A stretch of 38,612 nucleotides of DNA. Origin: an uncultured Oscillochloris sp. GTDB taxonomy: Bacteria; Chloroflexota; Chloroflexia; Chloroflexales; Chloroflexaceae. Positions 17,578 through 28,174 of the stretch are shown here, one piece after another. The notes under the pieces were generated by a model that searched no databases, was not told where the DNA came from, and saw only the letters and a list, made by a program, of their open reading frames with translations. A program made the position numbers and the translations under genes. Each line of letters starts with the position of its first letter. The first letter of the stretch is position 1. The DNA lies in contig CAIRDL010000120.1 of the NCBI GenBank assembly GCA_903877345.1, forward strand, positions 1 to 38,612, read 5' to 3'.

Positions 17578-20043
17578 TCACCCCGCGCTCGGCAAAGTCG
17601 GAGCCTTGCGCCGCCAATGCTCGATCTGCTCAACCAACTTGCGGAGACTCACTGGCTTGCTGAGATAGTCGTTTGCGCCCGCCGCCAAACAGCGCTCACG
17701 GTCGCCGCTCATCGCTAGGGCCGTCAGCGCGACCACCGGGATGACGGCGCTGCCAGCCTTCGCCCGGATGCGGCGGGTTGCCTCCAAGCCATCCAGCACC
17801 GGCATTTGGATGTCCATCAAAATCAGATCGGGCTGCCACTCTTCAGCCATACTCACCGCCTCCGCCCCGTTGCGCGCCACCAACACCCGATAGCCGTGCG
17901 CCTCAAGGTACTGGGTGGTCGTGCGTAAAACGACCTCGCTATCCTCGGCCAACAGCAGCACCGGACGCTCTTGCTCGTCTGGGCGAACGTGGAACTGCCG
18001 CTCTGGCGCGGGTTCGGGCGCAGGCTTGGGGGTCTGGTTTTGCCAAGGCAGCGAAACGGTGAAACTGCTGCCCACGCCGAGCGTACTCGTCACCTTCACC
18101 GCGCCGCCGTGTAGGTCGGCCAAACGCGAGACAAGGGCCAGCCCCAGCCCCGTACCCTCGTGGCGGCGGCTCAGGCAACTGTCGAGTTGCACAAATGGCT
18201 TAAACAGGCGCGGAATGTCCGCCGCAGCGATGCCGATGCCGGTGTCGGCAACCGTAAAATGGATGACCTCCGCCTCCGGGTCGCCGCGCACCTCAAGGTT
18301 GACACTGCCGCCTTGGGCGGTGAATTTCACCGCGTTGGAGAGCAGGTTGACCAAGATTTGTTTGAGGCGGCGCGGGTCAGCGGCGACCATCTCGACGAGC
18401 GGGTCAATAGTGCTGATCACGCGCAACCGTTTCGTCTGGGCGATCTGGCGCACCATGCGTAGACTGGCCGCGCAGATCTCTTCGACCTCCAACGGCTCAA
18501 TGGCAAGCTCGACTTTGCCCGCCTCAATTTTGGTCAAGTCGAGGATGTCGTTGATCAGCGCCAACAGATGCTGCCCGCTCTCCGCAATCATCTCCAGCGA
18601 CTGAGTCTGGCGCTCGTTTAACGCACCATACACGCCCTCGACGGTCGATTCCGACAAGGTCAGGATGGCATTGAGTGGCGTGCGTAATTCGTGCGACATA
18701 TTCGCCAAAAACTCATCCTTGAGCCGCGCCGCCCGCTCGAGCTGACTGTTGGCCGCACTCAGCGCGGCGGTACGTTCCGCCACGCGGCGCTCCAAGTTCT
18801 CGTTTGTCTGGCGGAGCAGCGCCTCGGCCTGTTTGCGCTCGGTAATTTCTTGAAAAAAAACCGTCACGCCTTTGGTCGCCGGGTAAATATGGCGCTCGAA
18901 CCAGCGGTTACTCGCATGATCATGCTCCTCAATCGTGACGGTAGTCTGGCGGGCAAGCACCTGACGGCAGGCTTGATGGAAGAGTTGGCCGAACCTTGCA
19001 GTGGGCTCATTGCCAATGCTCGTGCCGATCAGCGCCTCGGCGTCGCACCCGAGGAGTTGCGCCGCCCGTGGATTGACTCGGAGATAGCGCCAGTTAGCGT
19101 CAAGGGCCACAAAGCCCTCGGTGAGGCGGTTCAAGATCGCGTCCGTCTCACCACGCGCTTGCTCGGCAGCGGTACGCGAATTGATGGCGAAAGCTAACAG
19201 GCGTTCAAGCTCCTCGTTCGTCTGTTGTAACAACTGCTCGGCGGTGTGCTGCTCGGTAATATCTTCAGCCAAACCGACGACCCGGTACGGTGTGCCACGC
19301 GCATCATGCACCGGAAAAGCCCGGTCACGAATCCAGCGCATCGTCTGATCGGGCCGCATGATCCGGTAGACCACCTCGGTCATTTCGCCACACGTCTGCC
19401 GCTCCAACGCCTCCCGCGTTACCTCTTGGTCGTCCGGGTGAATAGGCATAACGAAAGATTGGGCATCGGCATAAAGGCTTTCGCGACTGTGTTGCCAGAT
19501 CTGCTCGTAGCTTGGACTCACGTAGAGTACTTGGTGGGTCTGGAGATCAAAGATATAAAAGACTTCGCTGATATGTTCGGTAAGCTGACGAAACCGCTCT
19601 TCGCTTGTGTGTAATTGCTGCTCAGTCGCGGCGCGTTGCTCCGTTTGGCGCTCGGCCTCGACAGGGTAAATCAGCGCCGTGGTGCCGTAGCCTGCCGTCG
19701 TGGGCCACGGTGTGAGCGTGAGCGTGAGGGGCAGGCGCGCACCATCACGGTGGAGGCCCAACAGGTGGATGCCTGGTTCGGGGGCGGCGAGGGGGTTGCC
19801 AGTCTGCGCTAAGGTGAGGGACTGGTGCAACTGGGCGGGCAGCAGCATCGTGAAGGGTCGGCCCAAAACCTCGGCGGTTGGGTAGCCAAAGAGTCGGGTT
19901 GCAGCGGCGTTCCACGTGCAGATCATGCCGTCCGGGTCAACCGAAACTACCGCAGCAGTGGCCGACGCCGCGACCGCAGCAAGCAGCGCGGCGAAGCTCG
20001 GTTCGGACGACGGACTCGCGGACGGAGCGGCGAGAGGCTTCAT
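17578..20043 (-). CDS. Cytoplasmic hybrid histidine kinase (PAS x3-HisKA-HATPase-REC)
   Basis: [41 protein letters not shown]; receiver AEDS..MDIQMP..KP. PAS motifs WNAAA.LFGY and YVSPSYE.IW...IHPDD. Confidence 0.92.
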   Translation of the reverse strand: MKPLAAPSASPSSEPSFAALLAAVAASATAAVVSVDPDGMICTWNAAATRLFGYPTAEVLGRPFTMLLPAQLHQSLTLAQTGNPLAAPEPGIHLLGLHRDGARLPLTLTLTPWPTTAGYGTTALIYPVEAERQTEQRAATEQQLHTSEERFRQLTEHISEVFYIFDLQTHQVLYVSPSYEQIWQHSRESLYADAQSFVMPIHPDDQEVTREALERQTCGEMTEVVYRIMRPDQTMRWIRDRAFPVHDARGTPYRVVGLAEDITEQHTAEQLLQQTNEELERLLAFAINSRTAAEQARGETDAILNRLTEGFVALDANWRYLRVNPRAAQLLGCDAEALIGTSIGNEPTARFGQLFHQACRQVLARQTTVTIEEHDHASNRWFERHIYPATKGVTVFFQEITERKQAEALLRQTNENLERRVAERTAALSAANSQLERAARLKDEFLANMSHELRTPLNAILTLSESTVEGVYGALNERQTQSLEMIAESGQHLLALINDILDLTKIEAGKVELAIEPLEVEEICAASLRMVRQIAQTKRLRVISTIDPLVEMVAADPRRLKQILVNLLSNAVKFTAQGGSVNLEVRGDPEAEVIHFTVADTGIGIAAADIPRLFKPFVQLDSCLSRRHEGTGLGLALVSRLADLHGGAVKVTSTLGVGSSFTVSLPWQNQTPKPAPEPAPERQFHVRPDEQERPVLLLAEDSEVVLRTTTQYLEAHGYRVLVARNGAEAVSMAEEWQPDLILMDIQMPVLDGLEATRRIRAKAGSAVIPVVALTALAMSGDRERCLAAGANDYLSKPVSLRKLVEQIEHWRRKAPTLPSAG

Positions 20044-20262
20044 GCTTGGGGCCAGACTACTAGTACAGCTTTCTGGAAGTCCGTGACCAGTTGCGACCGC
20101 TGACCACTGACCGCCGCCGGAAGCGGTCAGAACCCGCCAGAAACTTCCGGGAGGCAGTCCTAGAGCTCCCGGAAATTCGCCCTAACAACGGTCGCAAGCG
20201 GGCCGTGTCGTCGACTCAGTCTAGCATATACGCACAGCTTGGGTTTACGCTTGTAGGCGCGC

Positions 20263-20291
20263 TTGGTGCTGCCCGCTCGAAACGGTATAAT
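20263..20291 (+). promoter_or_regulatory. Probable sigma70 promoter of the App1-like gene
   Basis: TTGGTG-17 bp-TATAAT, followed by a GGAGG RBS at 20300-20304. Confidence 0.55.
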
Positions 20292-20311
20292 GCTCGCATG
20301 GAGGAGCGCTA

Positions 20312-21379
20312 ATGTCGAGACTACGACGGATCGTGGCGCGGGCTGGCAGTGACGCCGAGGAGTTGCTCGAACGCCTACGACGGCGGCGCAACCCAGGGCC
20401 GGTGCAGATCTGCGCTTACCGTGGCATGGGTACCCCTGCTGGCTTGAACTTGAGTGGACGCGTGCTTGAGGATCGCGGCATCCAGCCAGCGGTAGATGAC
20501 CAGACCCGTCTGCGGAACCTACGTGATAACTGGCGGCGTTTCGGTACCCGTGAACTGACCGGCGTGTTGGTGCGGGCCGCTTTTAAGGGCCAAATCACGC
20601 AGGCGCGTACCGATGCGGAGGGCTACTTCCAACTGCGGATCGCGCCCATCCCGTCCCTTGACCCAACGCTTTGGCAAACGGTAGCCCTTGAACTGCCCGA
20701 CCTTGGTGTACAGACCACTGGCGAGGTCTTGGTGCCGCCGCCCGCCGCCCGCTATGCGGTGATTAGCGATATTGACGACACCATCCTCCTGAGTCACGCC
20801 ACTGATACGCTCAAACTGCTGCGCCTGACCCTCCTTCAGAATGCCCGCACGCGGGTGCCTTACGCGGGTGTCGCTGCGCTCTACCAAGCCTTTGCTGCAG
20901 GCGTGAGCGGTGTTGAACACAACCCGATTTTCTATGTGTCGAGCAGCCCGTGGAATCTGTACGATTTCCTGATCGAGTTTATGGCCTTCCACGGGCTGCC
21001 GGCTGGCCCGCTTTTTCTAACTGACTATGGGCTTGACCGCGAACAACTGATTAAGCCGCAGCATACAGAGCATAAGCTGGCCCAAATCGAGTGGATTGCC
21101 TCCACCTACCCCCACCTAGAGCTGGTGCTGATCGGCGATAGCGGGCAGCACGACCCGGAGATCTACCTGACGGTGGCGCGCACCTACCCTGGGCGCGTCG
21201 TGGCGATCTACATTCGCCACGTCAGCGACCGACGGCGGGCGGATGAAGTGGCAGCGTTGGCGACCCAAGCCGCCGCCCTTGGCACCCCGCTGCTCCTCAC
21301 CACCACCTCGGCGACGGTTGTCGCCGATGCGCTGCGGCGCGGCCTCATCGCGGCAGCAAGTGACCGTGGGCAGCGGTAG
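20312..21379 (+). CDS. App1-family (DUF2183) phosphatidate phosphatase-like protein
   Basis: VISDIDDT, FYVSSSPWNLY and LIGDSGQHDPEIY HAD-like motifs; TDAEGYF in the N-domain. Confidence 0.88.
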   Translation: MSRLRRIVARAGSDAEELLERLRRRRNPGPVQICAYRGMGTPAGLNLSGRVLEDRGIQPAVDDQTRLRNLRDNWRRFGTRELTGVLVRAAFKGQITQARTDAEGYFQLRIAPIPSLDPTLWQTVALELPDLGVQTTGEVLVPPPAARYAVISDIDDTILLSHATDTLKLLRLTLLQNARTRVPYAGVAALYQAFAAGVSGVEHNPIFYVSSSPWNLYDFLIEFMAFHGLPAGPLFLTDYGLDREQLIKPQHTEHKLAQIEWIASTYPHLELVLIGDSGQHDPEIYLTVARTYPGRVVAIYIRHVSDRRRADEVAALATQAAALGTPLLLTTTSATVVADALRRGLIAAASDRGQR

Positions 21380-21484
21380 CGCCCGTGCAACACTGGCCAT
21401 CTGTTGGGCGTAGAACCGCCAGAACGCCGGACGACTAGCGCAACGGGCGCCGGGACGCGGCGGTAACGATAGAAGGATCGAGCC

Positions 21485-21928
21485 GTGAACTTCAACCAGA
21501 AGCAAGCCCGCAATGCTGGGATTACCCTGATTGGCCTGGGCCTTGTTGCACTTTTTCACCTGTGGTGGGCGTTGCCCCCGGCGCTGTTGGCCGCTGGCGG
21601 TATGGTGATCTACCAGCGCCAGAAGGCCCGTGGACACACCGGCGGGGCGGTGCAAGCCGTACTCTGGGGCGTTGGGTTGGCGGTGCTGCTGCTCGTACAC
21701 TTCATCATGCCGGGGGTGCTGTTGCTTGGCGGCACGAGCTTGCTCATGCGTGGTCGCGAGGCGACGGTCGAGGCTGAGGTCTTTGCGCTGGTTGGCCGCT
21801 TCAGCCGCCGCCGCACCCCAGTTGCCCCCTTGGCCTCGGTGACGGCTGCGCCGACTACGCCTCAACGTGTCACCATTGTCGAGACCCGCGAGGTGGCGAG
21901 TGGCACCGAAACGACTCGGCTGCGCTAG
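21485..21928 (+). CDS. Hypothetical small membrane protein
   Basis: 147 aa with about 4 hydrophobic segments. AAGGA RBS before GTG. Fills the gap after the phosphatase. Confidence 0.7.
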   Translation: MNFNQKQARNAGITLIGLGLVALFHLWWALPPALLAAGGMVIYQRQKARGHTGGAVQAVLWGVGLAVLLLVHFIMPGVLLLGGTSLLMRGREATVEAEVFALVGRFSRRRTPVAPLASVTAAPTTPQRVTIVETREVASGTETTRLR

Positions 21929-21937
21929 ACACACTTG

Positions 21938-21998
21938 GGCATGTTTCAGATTGCAGCTTTGCCGCACTAGGAGACGGCGCATTTGCCCAAACTGTAAC
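21938..21998 (-). repeat. Repeat family B copy (partial, reverse orientation)
   Basis: The reverse complement, acagtttgggcaaatgcgccgtc...gcggcaaagctgcaatctgaaacatgcc, aligns with 30574-30639. Confidence 0.7.
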
Positions 21999-22023
21999 CT
22001 AGTCGCGAACCTTGTCTAACCGT

Positions 22024-22068
22024 AATACCCCCTTCGTCCGCAAGTACGGGCGAAGGGGGTGTTGTTTG
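22024..22068. terminator. Stem-loop terminator between convergent genes
   Basis: 17-bp stem aatacccccttcgtccg / cgggcgaagggggtgtt (with G-U pairs), followed by gttt. Confidence 0.65.
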
Positions 22069-22156
22069 TCCTGCAAGCTTGTCTGTATAGCCCCTCCTTC
22101 GCCAAAGCTGTCCGCAAACGCGCCTAGTTCACCTGCGGCAAAGCTGCAAGCTAAAC

Positions 22157-23242
22157 TCACTTTGGCCTCACCTCGCCCCGGATGAACTGCTCAGTGAAAT
22201 CATGCGCCTCATTGTCGCTGTACTGCTTCGGCGGGGTCTTCATGAAATAGCTACTCGGCCCCTCAAGCGCCCCGCCAAGCCCCCGGTCAAGCGCCAATTT
22301 GGCGCAGCGAATCGCATCAATCACCACCCCCGCCGAATTGGGCGAGTCCCAAACCTCCAATTTCAACTCCAAGTTCAACGGTACATCACCAAAGGTCGTC
22401 CCTTCCATGCGAATATAGGCCCATTTACGGTCGCCCAACCAGGGCACATAGTCACTTGGCCCAACATGCACCGCATCTGCGGGCAGCGTGTAGTTGAGTT
22501 GACTCGTCACGGCGTTGGTCTTGCTGATCTTCTTGCTCTCAAGCCGCTCACGTTCGAGCATGTTCAGAAAATCGGTGTTGCCGCCGAAATTAAGCTGGTA
22601 CGTCCGGTCAAGCCGCACCCCACGCGCCTGGAAGAGCGCCGCCAACACGCGATGCGTAATCGTCGCTCCGACTTGGCTCTTAATATCGTCCCCAATAATC
22701 GGCAGCCGTTTCTCCTCAAAACGCTTCCGCCAATACTCTTGACTAGCGATAAAGACTGGCACGCAGTTGATAAACGCGCACCGCGCCTCGAGGATCTGCT
22801 CGACATACCACTTCGTCGCCATCTCGCTCCCCACCGGCAGATACGAAATCACTACGTCAGTCTTCGTCGCTTTCAGAATGCCCACGATGTCGTCGGTGGC
22901 GCGGGGCGCTTTCTTAATCACCTGACTGAGATATTTCCCCAGCCCATCGTGCGTCATTCCGCGTGACACCGGCACGCCCATATGGGGCACCGGACTGAAC
23001 GTGTAGGTGTTGTTGGGCTGGGCGAAGATCGCCTCGGCGAGGTCGCGGTCTACCTTGGTGTCGGCAATGTCGAAAGCCGCCGTAAATTCGATGTCACTGA
23101 TATGGTAACCGCCCAAGCTGACATGCATCAGCCCAGGGATGCTGTCGCCCTCGTTGGCGTTGCGATAATAATGGACGCCCTGCACCAGCGAGGAGGCACA
23201 GTTCCCTACCCCAATAATCGCCACCCGGATCTTTTTGCTCAC
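22157..23242 (-). CDS. ino1: Myo-inositol-1-phosphate synthase
   Basis: [53 protein letters not shown] and VWDSPNSAG motifs. Confidence 0.96.
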   Translation of the reverse strand: MSKKIRVAIIGVGNCASSLVQGVHYYRNANEGDSIPGLMHVSLGGYHISDIEFTAAFDIADTKVDRDLAEAIFAQPNNTYTFSPVPHMGVPVSRGMTHDGLGKYLSQVIKKAPRATDDIVGILKATKTDVVISYLPVGSEMATKWYVEQILEARCAFINCVPVFIASQEYWRKRFEEKRLPIIGDDIKSQVGATITHRVLAALFQARGVRLDRTYQLNFGGNTDFLNMLERERLESKKISKTNAVTSQLNYTLPADAVHVGPSDYVPWLGDRKWAYIRMEGTTFGDVPLNLELKLEVWDSPNSAGVVIDAIRCAKLALDRGLGGALEGPSSYFMKTPPKQYSDNEAHDFTEQFIRGEVRPK

Positions 23243-23591
23243 AGAGAGTCCGACCTTTCAGCTGGATTTGCTCAGTCCCTACCGATGCTGCCAGCGACCG
23301 GGCATGATACTGCGGCTGATCTAGTTTGGCAAGGCAGCCCCAACCGCCGCCAAGGCAAAGCAGCCAAGCCGCAGGCTACGCACCTGCCAACGGCGTTTCA
23401 TGTTGGTTGAAGACATCCGCGCCGTGCCGTCCCTCCGCCAGGCAGCGCTGCGGGAGCGGGGCGGCCCACATGGCCCCTCCCGCAACCCAAGCGACCCGCT
23501 GGGCAACGGTGGCAACAAACCACCCACGCCCTGCCGCTTCGCAGCTTTGCTCCGCCTTTAGGGATGCGGAAATTTTAAAGCATCCCAACAC

Positions 23592-23655
23592 CATGTCATT
23601 CTGAGCGAAGCGAAGAATCCCGACCGGGACCCTTCGCTTCGCTCAGGGTGACATG
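23592..23655. repeat. REP-like long imperfect palindrome
   Basis: catgtcattctgagcgaagcgaag...cttcgcttcgctcagggtgacatg, a ~24-bp stem. Confidence 0.75.
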
Positions 23656-23684
23656 ACAGCATGCCTTTTGCGGTAGTGCGTTTC

Positions 23685-23782
23685 CGGCTTTGCGGCTTTG
23701 CGGCTTTGCGTGCGCTTGCTCCGGCTTTGCGGCTTTGCGTGCGCTTGCTCCGGCTTTGCGGCTTTGCGGCTTTGCGGCTTTG
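23685..23782 (+). repeat. Compound tandem repeat (CGGCTTTG)3-X-(CGGCTTTG)2-X-(CGGCTTTG)4
   Basis: Nine octamers with two identical 13-bp interruptions X = cgtgcgcttgctc. Confidence 0.9.
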
Positions 23783-24192
23783 CGTCAGATCGCTGAACGG
23801 TAAAGCTGGTTTGAACCATGCCTTTGCGTCAAATGCTTCCGGCTTTGCGCCTTGCGATCCAGCACCCTACGGTTCGGGTCAATCCGTTCACCAGAGATTC
23901 GACGCGGGCCACGTCCGGCGGAAGGGCCGTCAGCACGGCTCAGTAGTCAGTAGTCGGCGGTCAGCGGCAATGCTGGCCGCCGTTGTTGTTCAATATATCT
24001 AAATGGGCGGAACCGCGCTTGGATCTTTTAACATACTATTCCAAGCAAAGATGTGAGGCTATGGACGATTGATCTAAACCGTTTTGAACTATTTTAAGCT
24101 TGTGTTGTCAAGGTTCGCCCCCGATAGCTCGGCAGTTATACGGCTCAAAAATAATAGTTAAGAGATTACAACCAAAAATCTGGCTCTGGGTA

Positions 24193-24221
24193 TTGCCAGA
24201 CATAGCGATTGATGCTATATT
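24193..24221 (+). promoter_or_regulatory. Candidate sigma70 promoter upstream of nifH
   Basis: TTGCCA-17 bp-TATATT with an extended -10 TGn. Lies at the end of an AT-rich tract (~23990-24225). An atagc-N7-gctat palindrome overlaps the spacer and -10. Confidence 0.55.
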
Positions 24222-24612
24222 CCTCGTAGGCCCGTTGCTGAACCCCAAACAAAGCTGGTGCGCTGGTAGAGGATAATGTAGTGCTCTACCAAACCCACGC
24301 ACCCCCCTGGTCCACGCGAACACCACAATGTCGTACCGCCCGTGTCTGTTCTTCCCTGCAACGTTGCAGCCCCCGGTCTGAGGCTCCTTTGGCTTAGGTG
24401 GCACCCGGCGCTGGCTAAGCGCCGCTCCACGTAGGCACCCGCTCAGACCTCTGGTTCGCCCCGTGCCGCCAAACCCGGCGGGGGCTTCGCAGCAACTACA
24501 AAGGGAGTACAGCTTTGCCCTCTCCTCTGGCTCCACCCACACCAGTCTGATCCATCGCCCGTTTGTTTTTCAGTTGTCCATGCGGTGTGCAATGCACCTC
24601 ATCGGACGATAA

Positions 24613-25570
<958 letters not shown>

Positions 25571-25572
<2 letters not shown>

Positions 25573-25642
25573 TTGTAGCTTTTAGATTGACGATTGTAGA
25601 TTTTAACTTGCAAGCTAAAGTCTACAATCCGAATCTAAAATC
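25571..25642. repeat. Heptamer-based inverted repeat between nifH and nifB
   Basis: gattgta/gctttta/gattgac/gattgta/gatttta followed by the complementary tctacaatccgaatctaaaatc. A similar heptamer tract lies at 37646-37678. Confidence 0.65.
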
Positions 25643-25657
25643 CCCTAGGGAGCAGCA

Positions 25658-26587
25658 ATGGACACCCAGCCCACAAGTACCTGTCAGGGCAGTTGCATTC
25701 CGAAAGTTGATGTCAGCACGCACCCGTGTTACAGCAGCGCCGCCCACTTCCGCTTCGGGCGGATCCACGTTCCGGTGGCCCCGCGCTGCAACATTCAGTG
25801 TAATTACTGCATCCGTAAGTTTGCCTGCCCCAACGAGAACCGGCCCGGCGTGACGATGCGCGTCGTTTCGCCCGACCAGGCGCTCACAACTATTCGCGAG
25901 GCCGTCACCCGCGACCCGCGCCTGAAGGTGTTGGGCGTGGCTGGCCCCGGTGATGCCCTCGCAAACGAGGCCACGCTCGCCACCTTCGAGCGCGTCAAGA
26001 CTGAGTTTCCAAGCCTGACGCGCTGCATCTCGACCAACGGGCTGCTGCTGCCGGATCGCATTGAGGCCATTGACCGGGCCGGGATTACCACGCTGACCAT
26101 CACGATTAACGCGGTGGATCCAGCTATCGGCGAGCAGATCTATTCGCATGTACGGTACCACGGCAAAACCTATCGTGGCCGCGAGGCGTTTGAACTACTC
26201 AACCACAACCAGTTGACGGGGCTGCGCGAGGCTTCCTATCGCGGCATGCTGGTCAAAGTCAATGCGGTGCTCATCCCCGGCGTCAACGATGAACACCTCG
26301 TCGAGGTGGCCCGGGTGGCGAAAGACCACGGGGCTTACATCATGAACATCATCCCGATGCTGCCCCTGGCCCAGTTCGCCCATCTGCCGGAGCCGACGGT
26401 CGAACAGATTAACAAGGTGCGGAACGAGTGCGCCAAGGTGATTGAGCAGTTCCGTAATTGCCAGCGCTGCCGCGCCGACGCGATTGGTGTACCTGGCGAA
26501 GACGGGTGCGGCCCCACACCGGAGAAAGTTTGTGTGCCGAAGTTCCTGACTCAGCGTAAAGAGCAAGCCGAAGTCGCCGCCGACTGA
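25658..26587 (+). CDS. nifB: FeMo-cofactor biosynthesis radical SAM protein NifB, short form without NifX domain
   Basis: HPC, CNIQCNYC, ENRPG, AGPGD, TITIN and CQRCRADAIG NifB motifs; 309 aa. Confidence 0.96.
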   Translation: MDTQPTSTCQGSCIPKVDVSTHPCYSSAAHFRFGRIHVPVAPRCNIQCNYCIRKFACPNENRPGVTMRVVSPDQALTTIREAVTRDPRLKVLGVAGPGDALANEATLATFERVKTEFPSLTRCISTNGLLLPDRIEAIDRAGITTLTITINAVDPAIGEQIYSHVRYHGKTYRGREAFELLNHNQLTGLREASYRGMLVKVNAVLIPGVNDEHLVEVARVAKDHGAYIMNIIPMLPLAQFAHLPEPTVEQINKVRNECAKVIEQFRNCQRCRADAIGVPGEDGCGPTPEKVCVPKFLTQRKEQAEVAAD

Positions 26588-26746
26588 GTCCGCCGCCGGT
26601 TTTTACCACGCAGGCCGAACTGCTCTAGCTGTACCTTAGACCAACCTTCAGGTTCCATTCTCGTTTCGGTACGCGCATGGCTGTCGCCTGCGCTCAACCT
26701 GAAACCTGAAACCTGGCCCCTGAAACCTTCCTTCAGGAGATCGACG

Positions 26747-28174
26747 ATGGAACTCAAGTGTAACGAAACCCTCCCCGAGCGAGCGCTACATATCGCGCTG
26801 AAAGTCGAGGGCGGGAAGTGCAAACGCGGCGACGGCGCTGGCTGCGCGATTGTCAGCAATTCGGCCACCACTCCCGGCGATATGACGGAGCGCGGTTGTA
26901 CCTACGCCGGTTGTCGCGGCGTGGTCGGCGGCCCGGTGAAGGATGCCATTCAGCTGACCCACGGCCCCATCGGTTGCGCGTTCTTCTCGTGGGGCTATCG
27001 CCCGCACTTGGCCGATACCGATTTCCACATGAAGTACACCTTCGTGTCGGATATGAATGAGACCAATATCGTCTTCGGCGGCGAGAAGAAGCTGCTCCAG
27101 TCCATCATCGAGGCCAGCCAGGAGTTCCCGGAAGCCAAGGCGGTTTTCGTCTACAACACCTGCTCGACCGCCCTGATCGGCGACGATGGCCGCGATGTCG
27201 CCAAACAGGCCGAGGCGATTATCGGCAAGCCCGTGGTTTTCTTCGAGTGCGAAGGCTTCAAGGGCGTCAGCCAGTCGGCAGGCCACCACGTCGGCAACGA
27301 GACCATCTTCCGCCAATTGGTCGGCTCGGCTGATGCGGCAGGCGATTTCAGCCGGACGATCAACATTGTCGGCGACTACAACATCAAGAATGACATCCGC
27401 ACCTTCGAGTATCTGTTCGAGGCAATTGGGCTGAAGATCATCACCCGCTTCACCGGCAACGTCTCGGTAGACGACCTGAAGATCATGCACAAAGCGGCGC
27501 TCAACGTCGTCCACTGTCAGCGCTCGGCCACCTACATCGCCGACATGATGCAGGAGAAGTACCAGACGCCGTACATCAATGTGACGCTGTGGGGGATGAA
27601 GCACATGGCCCAGGCGTTGCGTGACACGGCGGCGGTCTTTGGGCTGGAAGCGGAGGCCGAGGCGGTGATCGAGCGCGAGTTGGCGAAGATCAAGCCCAAA
27701 ATTGACTACTACCGCCAGCGCCTGACGGGCAAGAAGGTCTTTATTTACCAGGGCGGGCCGCGCACCTGGCACTGGATCGAACTGTTGCGCGAGTTGGGCA
27801 TGGAGACGCACACCGCCGCGACCACCTTCGGCCACGACGACGACTACGAGAAGATCTTCGAGCAACTCGACGAGGGTTCGATGATGATTGACAACCCCAA
27901 CGTGCCGGAGCTTGAGGAGATCCTGACCCACCGCCGCCCCGACCTGTTCATTTCGGGCAACAAAGAGAAGTACCTGGCCTACAAACTGGGCGTGCCTTTC
28001 GTCAACGGGCACACCTACGACACCGGCCCCTACGCTGGCTTCCTCGGTATGGTCAACTTCGCCCGCGACCTTGACAAGGCGCTGTACGCCCCGATTTGGC
28101 AGACCTTGAAGCGCCGGGCCAAGCCCGCACCCGCCGTCCATCACTCCGCCCACGGCTTTGAGGAGGTGCTCTGA
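26747..28174 (+). CDS. nifD: Nitrogenase catalytic component alpha chain
   Basis: P-cluster cysteines in RGC, HGPIGC and NTC; QSAGHH (Gln191/His195 equivalents); VHCQRS (Cys275 equivalent); NGHTY (His442 equivalent). AGGAG RBS. Confidence 0.93.
   Translation: MELKCNETLPERALHIALKVEGGKCKRGDGAGCAIVSNSATTPGDMTERGCTYAGCRGVVGGPVKDAIQLTHGPIGCAFFSWGYRPHLADTDFHMKYTFVSDMNETNIVFGGEKKLLQSIIEASQEFPEAKAVFVYNTCSTALIGDDGRDVAKQAEAIIGKPVVFFECEGFKGVSQSAGHHVGNETIFRQLVGSADAAGDFSRTINIVGDYNIKNDIRTFEYLFEAIGLKIITRFTGNVSVDDLKIMHKAALNVVHCQRSATYIADMMQEKYQTPYINVTLWGMKHMAQALRDTAAVFGLEAEAEAVIERELAKIKPKIDYYRQRLTGKKVFIYQGGPRTWHWIELLRELGMETHTAATTFGHDDDYEKIFEQLDEGSMMIDNPNVPELEEILTHRRPDLFISGNKEKYLAYKLGVPFVNGHTYDTGPYAGFLGMVNFARDLDKALYAPIWQTLKRRAKPAPAVHHSAHGFEEVL

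Noticed and set aside
18853..18860. A8 homopolymer in a kinase gene as a phase-variation site
   Set aside because: Short tract encoding Val-Phe-Phe in a typical PAS strand, and the frame is intact.
23685..23782. Possible CRISPR array
   Set aside because: Units are 8 bp, the two interruptions are identical and there are no cas genes; it is a simple tandem repeat.
23661..24002. 113-aa ORF with RLCGFAAL repeats
   Set aside because: This is the translation of the octamer tandem repeat, with no RBS or coding bias.
24370..24450. Moco riboswitch assignment for the nif leader
   Set aside because: I could not find the conserved 3' CCUCCCG...GGAAAGG block on the sense strand, so it is left as an unassigned structure.
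26786..28153. 455-aa antisense ORF opposite nifD (likewise 145-927, 1055-2293, 11183-12355, 12420-13451, 15194-16579, 24736-25527)
   Set aside because: Shadow ORFs expected from high GC and strong codon bias on the coding strand; no recognisable motifs.
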